Virus record (IMG/VR): IMGVR_UViG_3300042455_001086
Location: 124,001-188,000 of that record
DNA: 64,000 nucleotides
Reading direction: 5' to 3' (one strand)
Position 1 is the stretch's first letter. Each line of letters starts with the position of its first letter. Position numbers and translations under genes: made by a program. This document shows, in pieces, positions 47,160-57,465 of this stretch. A model generated the notes under the pieces. The model made no database searches. It was given only the letters and a program-made list of their open reading frames with translations, and was not told the origin of the DNA.

Positions 47160-47433
47160 AATTTTGTGTAAGTTTTTTATAAATCAAGTATCCTTCAATA
47201 TCTCTAATTATTTGATTGACAATTGGGTATATTCTGTTATTTCGTTTTACACCTTTAGAATGTAGATATAATATATCGTGGTTTGTTTTTTTAATATATA
47301 CTATAACACCATTTGATAAATGTATTTGTTTTGGTGTTCTTTTTATAACTGATATTTTGGAATCACCTACCATATAGTAATCACCAACATTGGCGTTATA
47401 TAAAAACAAGTTTGCTTGTTTATTTAAATCCAT
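47146..47433 (-). CDS. hypothetical protein
   Basis: 95-aa ORF. Confidence 0.65.
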   Translation of the reverse strand: MDLNKQANLFLYNANVGDYYMVGDSKISVIKRTPKQIHLSNGVIVYIKKTNHDILYLHSKGVKRNNRIYPIVNQIIRDIEGYLIYKKLTQNYGFN

Positions 47434-47434
47434 T

Positions 47435-48337
47435 TTAATCTCTTATTTCAAAATAATAATCATCTATTTGTCCCTTCAAATCACAGACATCCCTATCATT
47501 TGGAAGTTTTACAATTTTTACCTTACCCCACAATTCACCACCATTAAGTTCGTGATATAATCTTACGGCATTTTCCCAGGCATCACCGTCTAAACAAATT
47601 ATAACATTTCCTTTTGCTTTATTGTATATTGTCTCAAAAAGAAGTTCTGACATATGTTTTCCAAGCATCACAACTGGGTTGTCTAAAAACATTCCGTCAA
47701 AGGCTCCCTCAACCAAATATATGTCTTTATTCCAATCAATCAAATTTTCCCAAAATATTATTTGGTCTTTTTCGGCTTCCGGATTTCTATATTTTGCCCT
47801 GCTATGTGGATCCCAACTTCTTCCGACATAATAATTAAGATCACCTTTGAGATTGTATGAAGGTATTATAATTCTACCCATATGACTTCCTTTGTCACAA
47901 AAACCAATGCCAAATCTTTCAATTATCTCATCGGTTATTCCTCTACTTTTAAGATAATTATATGCTTGTTTTCTGACCGGATATATTGGGTGTGAATCTT
48001 TGAATAATGTGAAATTTTCTGGAAGAACTACTTTTGGTTTTTTAACTCTAACGACTTTTTCATTTTCTTCTGGTCTTAAAATTAGATAAAGTTTTTTTAA
48101 CTTTTTATTGCCAAATTTATCAAATAATTTTCCCAATTTTCCGTGGGTTCCCTCACTATCGCCGCACGCCCAGCATTTGAAAACACCCTCAAAATAATTT
48201 ACTTCCAAATTATGTTTATTTCTATCATCATCGCACACCGGGCAATTAAATTGGATTTGACCGCGATTTGGATAATGTAATCCGTGATCACCTAAAAATT
48301 CCTCCAATAATTCAACAATTGCTTCTTGTTCTTCCAT
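47435..48337 (-). CDS. DNA primase (DnaG-type)
   Basis: CPVC..CWAC zinc finger, YLKSRGI, RIIIP, TOPRIM VEGAFD and LDGD. Confidence 0.9.
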   Translation of the reverse strand: MEEQEAIVELLEEFLGDHGLHYPNRGQIQFNCPVCDDDRNKHNLEVNYFEGVFKCWACGDSEGTHGKLGKLFDKFGNKKLKKLYLILRPEENEKVVRVKKPKVVLPENFTLFKDSHPIYPVRKQAYNYLKSRGITDEIIERFGIGFCDKGSHMGRIIIPSYNLKGDLNYYVGRSWDPHSRAKYRNPEAEKDQIIFWENLIDWNKDIYLVEGAFDGMFLDNPVVMLGKHMSELLFETIYNKAKGNVIICLDGDAWENAVRLYHELNGGELWGKVKIVKLPNDRDVCDLKGQIDDYYFEIRD

Positions 48338-48420
48338 TCACTATAATATAGATAAAACAAATAACTATATCAACTACACAAGTTTTTCTTATCTTCTATA
48401 TTTATGTAAAAAGAAAATAA

Positions 48421-48642
48421 ATGCCAACAAATATAACAATTAGTGGTCTTGGTGGTGCATCTCCGTTTGATGTATATGTTTGTGACGCAACAATCACAAC
48501 TTGTGTATATGTATCAACAATAACTCCGGCAAGTTTGCCTTATGTGTTTGAAATACCGTCTGTTTATTCTTCTTTAACAAATTTTGTTGTCAAGGTTGTT
48601 GATAATAATAATTGCATTAAAACACAAAGTTTATCAGTTTAA
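48421..48642 (+). CDS. small virion structural protein
   Basis: beta-rich, [14 protein letters not shown]; TATTTAT upstream. Confidence 0.7.
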   Translation: MPTNITISGLGGASPFDVYVCDATITTCVYVSTITPASLPYVFEIPSVYSSLTNFVVKVVDNNNCIKTQSLSV

Positions 48643-48643
48643 T

Positions 48644-49531
48644 ATGGCTACCGAACCAATAACACCAACACCAGTTAATCCTTGTAATAGTACTTATTGT
48701 ATTAATGGTGCTGGAATTTATGATGGGAATTACAATATTTCATCAACAAATTACAATGGTTATAAATATTTTACTCGTAGTACTTCGCCAACATATCAAA
48801 TATACTACAGATCTGGTTCAACAAATCCAAGTTGGTGTTTATCCACAACTTTGGGTGGTTCTTGTTTATTATTTGGTAAATCGCCTTGTTTAAGTTCTTG
48901 TCCTGATTTATGTGATGATTTTTTTGGGCCTGGTCCTTGCTCATTACCTACACCAACACCAACACCAGTTTGTGATATTGATTTTAACGCACATTTTGAT
49001 TGTGAGGTTGATCCAACACCGACACCAACACCAACACCGATTGCAACATCAACACCTACTCCAACACCTACTCCAACAAATCAATGTGCTGGTGTTAGTC
49101 TAACAGTATCGGCGACTACCGTTCCAGTAGCACCGACTCCAACACCCACACCAACTCCAACTCCAACACCAAGTATTACAAGAAATTGTGATTTTACGGG
49201 TAAGGTCTCTTTTAACACAATTGATGATTATATTCGTTGTCAGACTAATAAAAAATTCAGAGATTGCACATCTGGTTTATTATACTATTCTTCTGACGTG
49301 ATTTTGAATGAATCTGGTTCAACACCAACATTAGGTTATGTATATAAAACAACAATAAATGGAAATTGTCTATGTGTTGTTTTTGATGGTTTGGTCGATA
49401 ATATAAGTGGAATTGATGATATTGTAATAATTCAAACAATTGGTTTGGAATCAAATGGTGCTTGTTTAACTTGTGTTCCAACAAATTGTATTACACCAAC
49501 ACCAACACCTACCTCAACACCAACACCTTAA
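48644..49531 (+). CDS. Cys-rich virion protein with Pro-Thr linkers
   Basis: start trimmed to MATEPITP; several (PT)n tracts; ends in a linker. Confidence 0.75.
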   Translation: MATEPITPTPVNPCNSTYCINGAGIYDGNYNISSTNYNGYKYFTRSTSPTYQIYYRSGSTNPSWCLSTTLGGSCLLFGKSPCLSSCPDLCDDFFGPGPCSLPTPTPTPVCDIDFNAHFDCEVDPTPTPTPTPIATSTPTPTPTPTNQCAGVSLTVSATTVPVAPTPTPTPTPTPTPSITRNCDFTGKVSFNTIDDYIRCQTNKKFRDCTSGLLYYSSDVILNESGSTPTLGYVYKTTINGNCLCVVFDGLVDNISGIDDIVIIQTIGLESNGACLTCVPTNCITPTPTPTSTPTP

Positions 49532-49595
49532 ATAAAAAAATATCTTTAAAAAAAAAATATCTGTCAAATATACTTATAAATAAAAGTATATAACT

Positions 49596-51779
49596 ATGAC
49601 AAATGAAATAGTTCTTAGTAATATTACAGGGATTGACGCACCATACAATGTTTTTGGTTGTGATATATATGGGAATAATTGTATTTTAATTGCCACAGTA
49701 GATAGAGATATTCCACCACCATTAACACTACCATTATCACCAATTTTTAACACATATCCTGGTGTTCTGTTAAAATTATCAAATTGTTCTGGATGTGTTG
49801 ATAGTGAATATTTGAGTTGTATTGAGCAACCATTATTGGGATTGTGTTTTAATTTGGGGGTTGAAGCGACAAATACTAACCCATGTCATATATTACCAAG
49901 TGGTTATTACCATAGTAAGCCATATTATCGTATGTTAGATTTAGATTGTTTAACTCCTATTAATTATTATGTTTGGTGGAATAATGATACAACAAGGTGG
50001 GAATTGACCAATGCAGTAGGTTCTGGACCAGTATGTTATTACCTTAATAATCCAGGTAATTATCCGGTAAGTAATCAAGAATATCCTTGGGTAGGTGGGG
50101 ATTGTTCCATTATTTTGAAATACTCTATCCTAGGTGAATGTCCTGAACCTATGTGTTTTAGTTACAATTTTGAAGCTTTTGGTGGTAATTCCGTTTGTAC
50201 GATACTTGCTAGTGGTTTTCATAATAATAAAGTATATTTTTTGTTATTAGATAGTGCATGTTCGATGGCTGAAAGTAATTATTATATTTGGTGGAATAAT
50301 AATACAACAAGGTGGGAATTGACCGAAACATTAGGTTCTGGACTAGTACTAAATTATCTTACTAATCCTGGAAATTACCCAGAAACAAACAGTACTTATA
50401 GTTGGAATAATTCAAATCCGCAAATAATTTTTAATTATTCATTACTAGGTGAATGTCCTACTATGTGTATTTGGTGGGAGGGTGAATCGATTGTTGGCGA
50501 TTCTAGTCCTTGTGAAACAAATCCAAGTGGTTATCATAATGGTAAAATATATTACCAAATGTTAGATACAAGTAATAATTGTTCCACAACTATACCTAGG
50601 TATATTTGGTGGAATAGTGGTACAACAAGGTGGGAAGTAACAGAAACATTTGGTTCTGGAGAGGTCAAATGGTATAATGAAAATCCTGGAAACTACCCAG
50701 AAGGTACATCAGAATATCCTTGGGTTTGGAATGGTGATAGCAATGTATCTACCCTTGCTGTAATATTTGGTGATTGTCCTGAAATTATGTGTTTTAGTTA
50801 CGGAAAATATAGTGTGTTTGATGGTATTTTTAAACAAATAAGTTGTAATCCATTTCCATTAGGAATCCACAATGGTAAATACTATTATGTATTTTCACTT
50901 GATGGGTGTAATCCTACAGGTCCTGAACTAGCTGAGTTTTATTTATATTGGGAAACATCAACATCTAGATGGGAAATAAGAACAGGTATTGGTTCTGGAA
51001 CATTATATTCATATCTTAATAATCCTAGTAATTATCCTACATCTTCACCTACTGTTACTTGGACCAACACTCAACCAGGTGTATTAGCGATGTATACATC
51101 AAATACACCAAATGAATGTCCTACTATGTGTATTTATGCTAGTGGTGAAGGTCTTGGAGAAACGACTAATTGTCAAACAGGTCCAAGAGGTTATCATAAT
51201 AATAAAGTGTATTACCAATTACTTCAAGCGGATTGTTACACAGATAGTTTTTTGTATATTTGGTGGAATAGTACTAATATGCGATGGGAAATGACCACCG
51301 CTTTAGGGTCTGGAAACCTTTTGTGGTATAATGAAAATCCTGGAAATTATCCAGAAGGTACATCAGAATATCCTTGGGTTCATTATGCTAGTTCTGTTGT
51401 TGGTTCATTGTCCACAATACTTGGTGATTGTCCTGAACCTATGTGTTTTGTCTATTACACTGAAATTGCTAGTCTTTCAAGTTGTAATAATACATTTCCA
51501 GTAGGAATCCACAATGGTAAATACTATTATGGAATTGCGGCCGATCTGTGTAGTCCTTTAACTTATGATATTTCTATTGAGTTTTATTTATATTGGGAAA
51601 CATCAACATCTAGATGGGAAATAAGAACAGGCATTGGTTCTGGAACATTATATTCATATCTTAATAATCCTGACGATTATCCAGTAGTAACAGACGTATA
51701 TAGTTGGAATAATACTCAACCAAGTGTATTCGAAATGTTTGGGTCTGATTTTGGTTCAGATTGTTATTCAGAAGCGTAG
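49596..51779 (+). CDS. virion protein with six tandem ~105-aa Trp/Tyr-rich modules
   Basis: repeat C....G.HN.K.YY...Y.WW...RWE....GSG....NPGNYP...W...G.CP. Confidence 0.8.
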   Translation: MTNEIVLSNITGIDAPYNVFGCDIYGNNCILIATVDRDIPPPLTLPLSPIFNTYPGVLLKLSNCSGCVDSEYLSCIEQPLLGLCFNLGVEATNTNPCHILPSGYYHSKPYYRMLDLDCLTPINYYVWWNNDTTRWELTNAVGSGPVCYYLNNPGNYPVSNQEYPWVGGDCSIILKYSILGECPEPMCFSYNFEAFGGNSVCTILASGFHNNKVYFLLLDSACSMAESNYYIWWNNNTTRWELTETLGSGLVLNYLTNPGNYPETNSTYSWNNSNPQIIFNYSLLGECPTMCIWWEGESIVGDSSPCETNPSGYHNGKIYYQMLDTSNNCSTTIPRYIWWNSGTTRWEVTETFGSGEVKWYNENPGNYPEGTSEYPWVWNGDSNVSTLAVIFGDCPEIMCFSYGKYSVFDGIFKQISCNPFPLGIHNGKYYYVFSLDGCNPTGPELAEFYLYWETSTSRWEIRTGIGSGTLYSYLNNPSNYPTSSPTVTWTNTQPGVLAMYTSNTPNECPTMCIYASGEGLGETTNCQTGPRGYHNNKVYYQLLQADCYTDSFLYIWWNSTNMRWEMTTALGSGNLLWYNENPGNYPEGTSEYPWVHYASSVVGSLSTILGDCPEPMCFVYYTEIASLSSCNNTFPVGIHNGKYYYGIAADLCSPLTYDISIEFYLYWETSTSRWEIRTGIGSGTLYSYLNNPDDYPVVTDVYSWNNTQPSVFEMFGSDFGSDCYSEA

Positions 51780-51840
51780 TAGAATAAAAAAATATCACAT
51801 AAAAAGACGATATTTCAAATTATCAGTAAATTAAACGATA

Positions 51841-52452
51841 TTATTTCCAAATTTCTTTTGATTTCATATAACCTAATACACAAGTATAGGCATCAGTTTG
51901 GTCAAAATTTTCTTTTTTAAGGGTGTTGTTTTTGGTATATCCCCAAGTTATTTGTGGTTCTTTTTTTGCTACTTTTTCCCAAATAATCATTTTTTTATCA
52001 ATGTCTTTTGGTAGACCACCGAATAATACAAATTTTTTCTTATCGTTTTCTTGAACTAGTTCTGGCCAAGCAAACTTTCTAGCGTTATAGGTTGATATGA
52101 ATTCTGGAACAACACCTAAAATATTATATATTTCTTTACAAACAAAACTATTAAACCTTAATAATGTTTGAATTGTATATATATTGTTTGAGTTTAATAA
52201 TGGTTCCTCAATAATCACCTTTACAATCCCAAGACCAATATATTGTTTTAACTTTTCTGCGAATATTTCTGATTTTAAAAGAAGTTCAAATAATTTATTA
52301 TCACTTTCTTCTTTTTTTATTTTAGGTCTTGGTGATATGTGTGTCAATTCCAATAATTCCTCGTTTTGAGTATCAAATAAAGCCCATCCAATTGTTCTAG
52401 TTGAAATATCAAGACCCAATACTTTTGGTGTATTTTTAATAGGTTTTCCCAT
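51841..52452 (-). CDS. RuvC-like Holliday junction resolvase
   Basis: LGLDISTRTIGWA, IIEEP, DQTDA. Confidence 0.85.
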   Translation of the reverse strand: MGKPIKNTPKVLGLDISTRTIGWALFDTQNEELLELTHISPRPKIKKEESDNKLFELLLKSEIFAEKLKQYIGLGIVKVIIEEPLLNSNNIYTIQTLLRFNSFVCKEIYNILGVVPEFISTYNARKFAWPELVQENDKKKFVLFGGLPKDIDKKMIIWEKVAKKEPQITWGYTKNNTLKKENFDQTDAYTCVLGYMKSKEIWK

Positions 52453-52503
52453 AAAGTTATAGTTTATGATTAAATTCTAACATAAAAAGAAATAAAATGA
52501 ATA

Positions 52504-55104
52504 TTAGAAGTCCAATTTGACTACAAATTGTTGAATACCTTGTCTTAAAACCGGTGATTGGAGTTTTGACATTACAAGAATATCTTTATTATCATCAAGT
52601 AATGCAATCTCACTAACATATGATTGATTACCAGTAGTCCAAGTTGGGTTTGATGTATTTTTGAATTCATTAGAATTTAAAACTATCTTATAATTCATTT
52701 CATATATCGTCGCTTGAATATCCGTTTCCAAAGAACCATAGAAATAATACTCATCACCGAAATTTAAATCTGGTGCTGTATTTCCTTGTGGTGTAAGTTC
52801 AATATAATCACCAAGATTATATATTGGGGCACTATTATATAATTCTTTTGTAATTACAAATGTTGTTCCAGTTAAACCTTCTTGTGTTATATATCCATTT
52901 ACTGTTGTTGCGGAAATATAATCTGTGAAATCAATGATTTTCCAAGCATTTGGTTGCGGTCTATTACCAGTTGTAACTTTTTGAGCAATAATTTCAAAGT
53001 TTGTTGCAAAGAAACCGGGTTTTACATCGCAATCAGTAATAGGGTCGCTTGTTTTCATTGGACCACTTGTGTTCAGATATGTTTCTTTTAATTCCGGTGT
53101 ATTATCTTTTGTTAATAAAATTGAATCATCACACCAAATAAGATCGTCATCATTTTCTGTTATTGTTATGTCTAATTCTTCAGTTAAAATAAAACAAGTA
53201 TCTTCAATTGGTGGTTGTTCTTGATAATTTAAACAAGAAAATTCTGGTCCAAATCTTACCGCAACATTTTTTGAAGTTTCTGGATTACATATATTATTAT
53301 TTCCAACAATTTTTGGATAATAGTTTGAATGTAATGAATTTGTGAAAGTGTTTTGATTTGTAAATCTATAAGTGACATACATAGTTTCATTAGCACTTGA
53401 CATAACACCATCAGTTGATTGAGACTCAACTCCACAAGTATTTGGTGTGATTAAGGAAAGTTGTGGTGCTGGTAATGTCCAGTTTCTATTTGATTTGTAT
53501 GACATTGCCGCAATAATTTCTTCATCGTCAATAATAACCAATTTACTATCCGGAAATACCTTACCAATTCTACTTGGTATTCCGTTTGAATTCGCATGTG
53601 TATCCCACAAATGATAATAACGAATTCCTGGTTGATTCATATTGTCATTCTTATTTGACTTAATATATTGAACTTGGAATAAATCAAGTTCTTCAAAATT
53701 CGGTGGATCAACCCAAAATGTCTCACCATTACAACATTCAGGATTTTTGTGCCACATTAACCAAGGAATGTGTAGCTTAAAATTCCTAGCTTGACCAGTA
53801 GTATCATCCGGATTTGATGGATTATATGGTTGTAATGCAAATTTTTCACCGTAGAAAAAATCTATTGTTTGGTTTGTATAGTGAATAATCGCAATTGCTT
53901 TCTGTTCTTCTGGTTTTACCTCAACAATTTCATCAAATGAATTATAATAATAGACATAATCTGTGTCTGTTTGACCTAAACTTGAGTTATATCCAAAATA
54001 TTCTTTTGTTCCAATGTAATCAACAGATCCAAATTTATCATATCCTTCATATGATATTGTGTTAATACCTGCTGGTGTTTCTGTCCAAGGAATGTTCATA
54101 TTCCAAATTTTAACATCAAATTGATCTATATCACAAACCGATTCAAAATTAATCACATCACTAGACCAATGAGGTCTTGGTGTTATACTATCATAAAGTG
54201 ATGTCATTGTTGGTGGATAAATGATTGCTCTTCCATAACAACTAGAACCAGATAATGTAAAATTAGGTGTTGCTCTATCTAATGTTATTTCGTTTTGACA
54301 AACACCAACAATCTTATAAGTTAAAATTGGATAACAAGAATTAAAACTCATACCACATTTAGCATCTGGTGGTTGAGGACATAATGCGGTTGGTTCTGGT
54401 GGTGGACAAGGTGTTGCCGTTGGTGTAGGTGTCGGTGTAGGTGTCGCACAAGGATCTTCAGTTGGTCCCGGTGTTGGTGTGGGTGTTACTGTTAATCCCG
54501 GTGTTGGTGTGGGTGTTGGAGTTGGTTGAGGTGGATAATCACTACAAGAACAATTATTACCACCATTACCATCATAATATATTGTTATAATATCACCAAT
54601 AGAAGGTTCTTTAAAATTATATATATTACAACCAGAATATATTAAATTTATTGTGTTTGTCCCATTTAATGTTGTCATATCAACAACAAAATTTGATGAT
54701 ATAACATACTTGTCGTTTGTTAATACACTCCAATCTGTTGTTGGTGTTGTAGTATCTCCACTAAAAAATCCTCGCATTGCCGCTCTATTATAAACTGGTT
54801 CAACAACCGAATCCATAAATGGAATTCCATATGTATTTCCAGCGCCACCATCAACAAAATAAGGGTATTTAACACTTTGTTTATTTGATTGTGGAACACC
54901 GGCGGTGTTTTGAGTATTAAATGGGGGTTCTAATATATTTGTTTTTGTTTGGTTATATCCAGTTGGTGTTTTATTGTATGAAACTTCACTGTCACCAATT
55001 TGGAAATAAGATATTTTAAAATTACCTTGTGAAAGTTTTTGTCTTCCAGTATCGGTAACTCTTGTATTGACTAATCCTGATGTATTTTTAAGTATATAAC
55101 TCAT
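52504..55104 (-). CDS. tail/baseplate structural protein
   Basis: N-terminal TDTGRQKL..FQIGD and C-terminal EIALLD..SKLQSPV..KLDF like tail-collar domains; PT linker. Confidence 0.7.
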   Translation of the reverse strand: MSYILKNTSGLVNTRVTDTGRQKLSQGNFKISYFQIGDSEVSYNKTPTGYNQTKTNILEPPFNTQNTAGVPQSNKQSVKYPYFVDGGAGNTYGIPFMDSVVEPVYNRAAMRGFFSGDTTTPTTDWSVLTNDKYVISSNFVVDMTTLNGTNTINLIYSGCNIYNFKEPSIGDIITIYYDGNGGNNCSCSDYPPQPTPTPTPTPGLTVTPTPTPGPTEDPCATPTPTPTPTATPCPPPEPTALCPQPPDAKCGMSFNSCYPILTYKIVGVCQNEITLDRATPNFTLSGSSCYGRAIIYPPTMTSLYDSITPRPHWSSDVINFESVCDIDQFDVKIWNMNIPWTETPAGINTISYEGYDKFGSVDYIGTKEYFGYNSSLGQTDTDYVYYYNSFDEIVEVKPEEQKAIAIIHYTNQTIDFFYGEKFALQPYNPSNPDDTTGQARNFKLHIPWLMWHKNPECCNGETFWVDPPNFEELDLFQVQYIKSNKNDNMNQPGIRYYHLWDTHANSNGIPSRIGKVFPDSKLVIIDDEEIIAAMSYKSNRNWTLPAPQLSLITPNTCGVESQSTDGVMSSANETMYVTYRFTNQNTFTNSLHSNYYPKIVGNNNICNPETSKNVAVRFGPEFSCLNYQEQPPIEDTCFILTEELDITITENDDDLIWCDDSILLTKDNTPELKETYLNTSGPMKTSDPITDCDVKPGFFATNFEIIAQKVTTGNRPQPNAWKIIDFTDYISATTVNGYITQEGLTGTTFVITKELYNSAPIYNLGDYIELTPQGNTAPDLNFGDEYYFYGSLETDIQATIYEMNYKIVLNSNEFKNTSNPTWTTGNQSYVSEIALLDDNKDILVMSKLQSPVLRQGIQQFVVKLDF

Positions 55105-55170
55105 TTGTTAATAAATATTCTATTTGATAATTTATGAAACTAAATTTGTGTTTTATATCTATTATTCAAA

Positions 55171-55857
55171 TCAACCCACTTGTTGAATTAGTGTTGAACA
55201 ACAATCACAACCTAATATTTTTAAATTATCTATGTATGTTTTTGTTTCTATTGTTCCAAAATAACAGTCAGTTTTTGGTAAATTTGGTGATAAATTACTT
55301 AAAATTGTTCCGCTTACTGTTGTTGTTGATCCCATAGTTATATTCCAAGTATAAGTATCATTTGTAATATAGTAATTACCATTATCACAAGAATTAAAAC
55401 TACTTGAGTTATTGGTTATTGGTAATGGGTTTATAATTTGGTTTCCATCAACAATTACACTTGTTGTTATTGTATTTGTTGCAGAATTTTCTTGTGGAGC
55501 TCTAGTAAAATCATTTTTAAAAATTAAACTAAATTCAATTAACACACCATTTGGTAAAGAAGGTGTGATATTAACATTAAAATTATTACCATTTTTAATT
55601 AAATTTACAACATATACCGTGTTTTTTATTGTTTGGTTTATTACGACATTTTGTGTTTTAATTTCTTGATTATTATCAATAATACTTACCGAATATATTC
55701 CACTAGGTAAATTTTGAAATATAGGGTTTTGTTGCGTTGTAATTCCTCTATCTAATGAATAACTATACGGTGGCATTCCACCATATGGTAATATAATGAT
55801 TGATCCATTGTCTCTACAATCACTATCATTTTTTGTAATATTAAAACCTAATTGCAT
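55171..55857 (-). CDS. SprB-repeat virion protein
   Basis: NGSI...GGMPPYSYSLD...FQNLPSGIYSVSIID. Confidence 0.75.
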   Translation of the reverse strand: MQLGFNITKNDSDCRDNGSIIILPYGGMPPYSYSLDRGITTQQNPIFQNLPSGIYSVSIIDNNQEIKTQNVVINQTIKNTVYVVNLIKNGNNFNVNITPSLPNGVLIEFSLIFKNDFTRAPQENSATNTITTSVIVDGNQIINPLPITNNSSSFNSCDNGNYYITNDTYTWNITMGSTTTVSGTILSNLSPNLPKTDCYFGTIETKTYIDNLKILGCDCCSTLIQQVG

Positions 55858-55875
55858 TTAATTATTTTAATTTTT

Positions 55876-57249
55876 TTATGCGGGTACGGCAGCATTTTGA
55901 GTTAGACCAACAGCTTCAGCATATTTAAGACATGTTTCAAGATCGTCAAAAGAAACAAACATTTGAAATAATGACTCATTTACATTTGTCCAAGTACTAG
56001 TTCCTATAGTCGCTGGATAATCATAGTTATTATTAAGATATGAGTGTAAAGTACCAGAACCTATATTTGAACTTACTTCCCACCTTGGTGTTGTGTTATT
56101 CCAATAGACATAATAATTTACTGGGGTAGTGCAATCACTTTCAGTTAATTGATAAAACCACTTACCATTATACTTACCTAATGGATACTTTGGTGAACAA
56201 CCTATAGTGTTTCCAGATATACTATAGGTAAAACACATTGGTTTAGGACAACTTCCTAGATTTGAGATTACTTCAGTGCTACCTGTCCATATACTTGTAT
56301 TTGTTGCTTCTGGGTAATTTCCGGGGTTTTGAAGGGTCGCATATGTTGTTCCTCCGTTTATTATGTCTGATAATACCCATCTTGTTGTTCCACTGTTCCA
56401 CCATACATAAAACTCTGGTGTTAAATCATCACCAAGCCCATAATACCATTTTTCGTTATATTTACCAATTGGATATTTGTTAGAAAATGATACATATTCA
56501 TCTTCAATTTTAAGTGTGAAACACATTGGTTCAGGACAACTTCCTAAATTTGTTATTAAATAAATCGAACCACTATTCTGTATCCAACTATAAGTTGTTG
56601 TTGTTTCAGGATAATTTCCAGGATTAAGATTATGATTATATTGTGTACCACTACCTAATGCACTTGTTAATACCCATCTTGTTGTAATATCATTCCACCA
56701 TATATAAAAAGGTTTTGGTGTTGTACAATTAGTATCTAATAATCGATAATATGGTTTATCTTTATAAAAACCACTACTTGAGATTGAACAAATTGTTTTA
56801 ACATCATCAATTATTGTGGTAATACACATAGGTAGTGGTAATGGTCGTGGTGGTGCTGTCAAAACACAAGTAGTTATTATTGTGAAATCGCCATAAGAGT
56901 CTGTCACGGTTGCTTTATATGAACCAGTACCCAAATTTGTTATTGATGATCCAACATTACCATTTTCCCAAATTATTTGATAAGGTGGTGTTCCACCAGT
57001 AATCTGTAAAGAAGCTGAACCGTTAAATGTGTCTGTATATGTTGGATTTGTTGTTAAACAATCAACTTCCATAGGAAATATTGTAATAACACTACATTCA
57101 TTTATAGGATCAATAGGGTTATTTGGAACTGGAGCAATCGTAGGTGTTGGTGTAGGTGTTGGTATAACAAATCCTAAAACACCAATAGGGTTATTTGGAA
57201 CCGGATTTGGTGTTGTGTTTAAAACAGTGTTACTATTTGTTTCCGACAT
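55876..57249 (-). CDS. virion protein: SprB repeat plus three Trp/Tyr-rich modules
   Basis: GGTPPY.I.W.NG..L..GSY..TVTD; three modules homologous to those of 49596..51779. Confidence 0.8.
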   Translation of the reverse strand: MSETNSNTVLNTTPNPVPNNPIGVLGFVIPTPTPTPTIAPVPNNPIDPINECSVITIFPMEVDCLTTNPTYTDTFNGSASLQITGGTPPYQIIWENGNVGSSITNLGTGSYKATVTDSYGDFTIITTCVLTAPPRPLPLPMCITTIIDDVKTICSISSSGFYKDKPYYRLLDTNCTTPKPFYIWWNDITTRWVLTSALGSGTQYNHNLNPGNYPETTTTYSWIQNSGSIYLITNLGSCPEPMCFTLKIEDEYVSFSNKYPIGKYNEKWYYGLGDDLTPEFYVWWNSGTTRWVLSDIINGGTTYATLQNPGNYPEATNTSIWTGSTEVISNLGSCPKPMCFTYSISGNTIGCSPKYPLGKYNGKWFYQLTESDCTTPVNYYVYWNNTTPRWEVSSNIGSGTLHSYLNNNYDYPATIGTSTWTNVNESLFQMFVSFDDLETCLKYAEAVGLTQNAAVPA

Positions 57250-57321
57250 CTAAACTTTTACTTATAAATAATCAATTATTTGTTTTTTTGGGTAAATAAC
57301 AATATATTTTCCATATTGGAA

Positions 57322-57465
57322 TTATAATTTGAAATATTTTAAAGTGAATTGGTTGATTTTTAAAATTATGGTGGTCAGTAGAGTCCATATTGTATCATTT
57401 GTCGCTTTAGGAATTGCAACACCGTTATTATATGTTGTATCAATTAAGTTTTGGGTTGTCCAAAC
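57322..57465 (-). pseudogene. relic Fib_succ_major (FISUMP) domain fragment
   Basis: in frame after the stop of the upstream gene: VWTTQNLIDTTYNNGVAIPKATNDTIWTLLTT. Confidence 0.6.

Noticed and set aside
49596-51779. Diversity-generating retroelement TR/VR pair
   Set aside because: Differences between repeats are not adenine-specific, include indels, and no RT is present.
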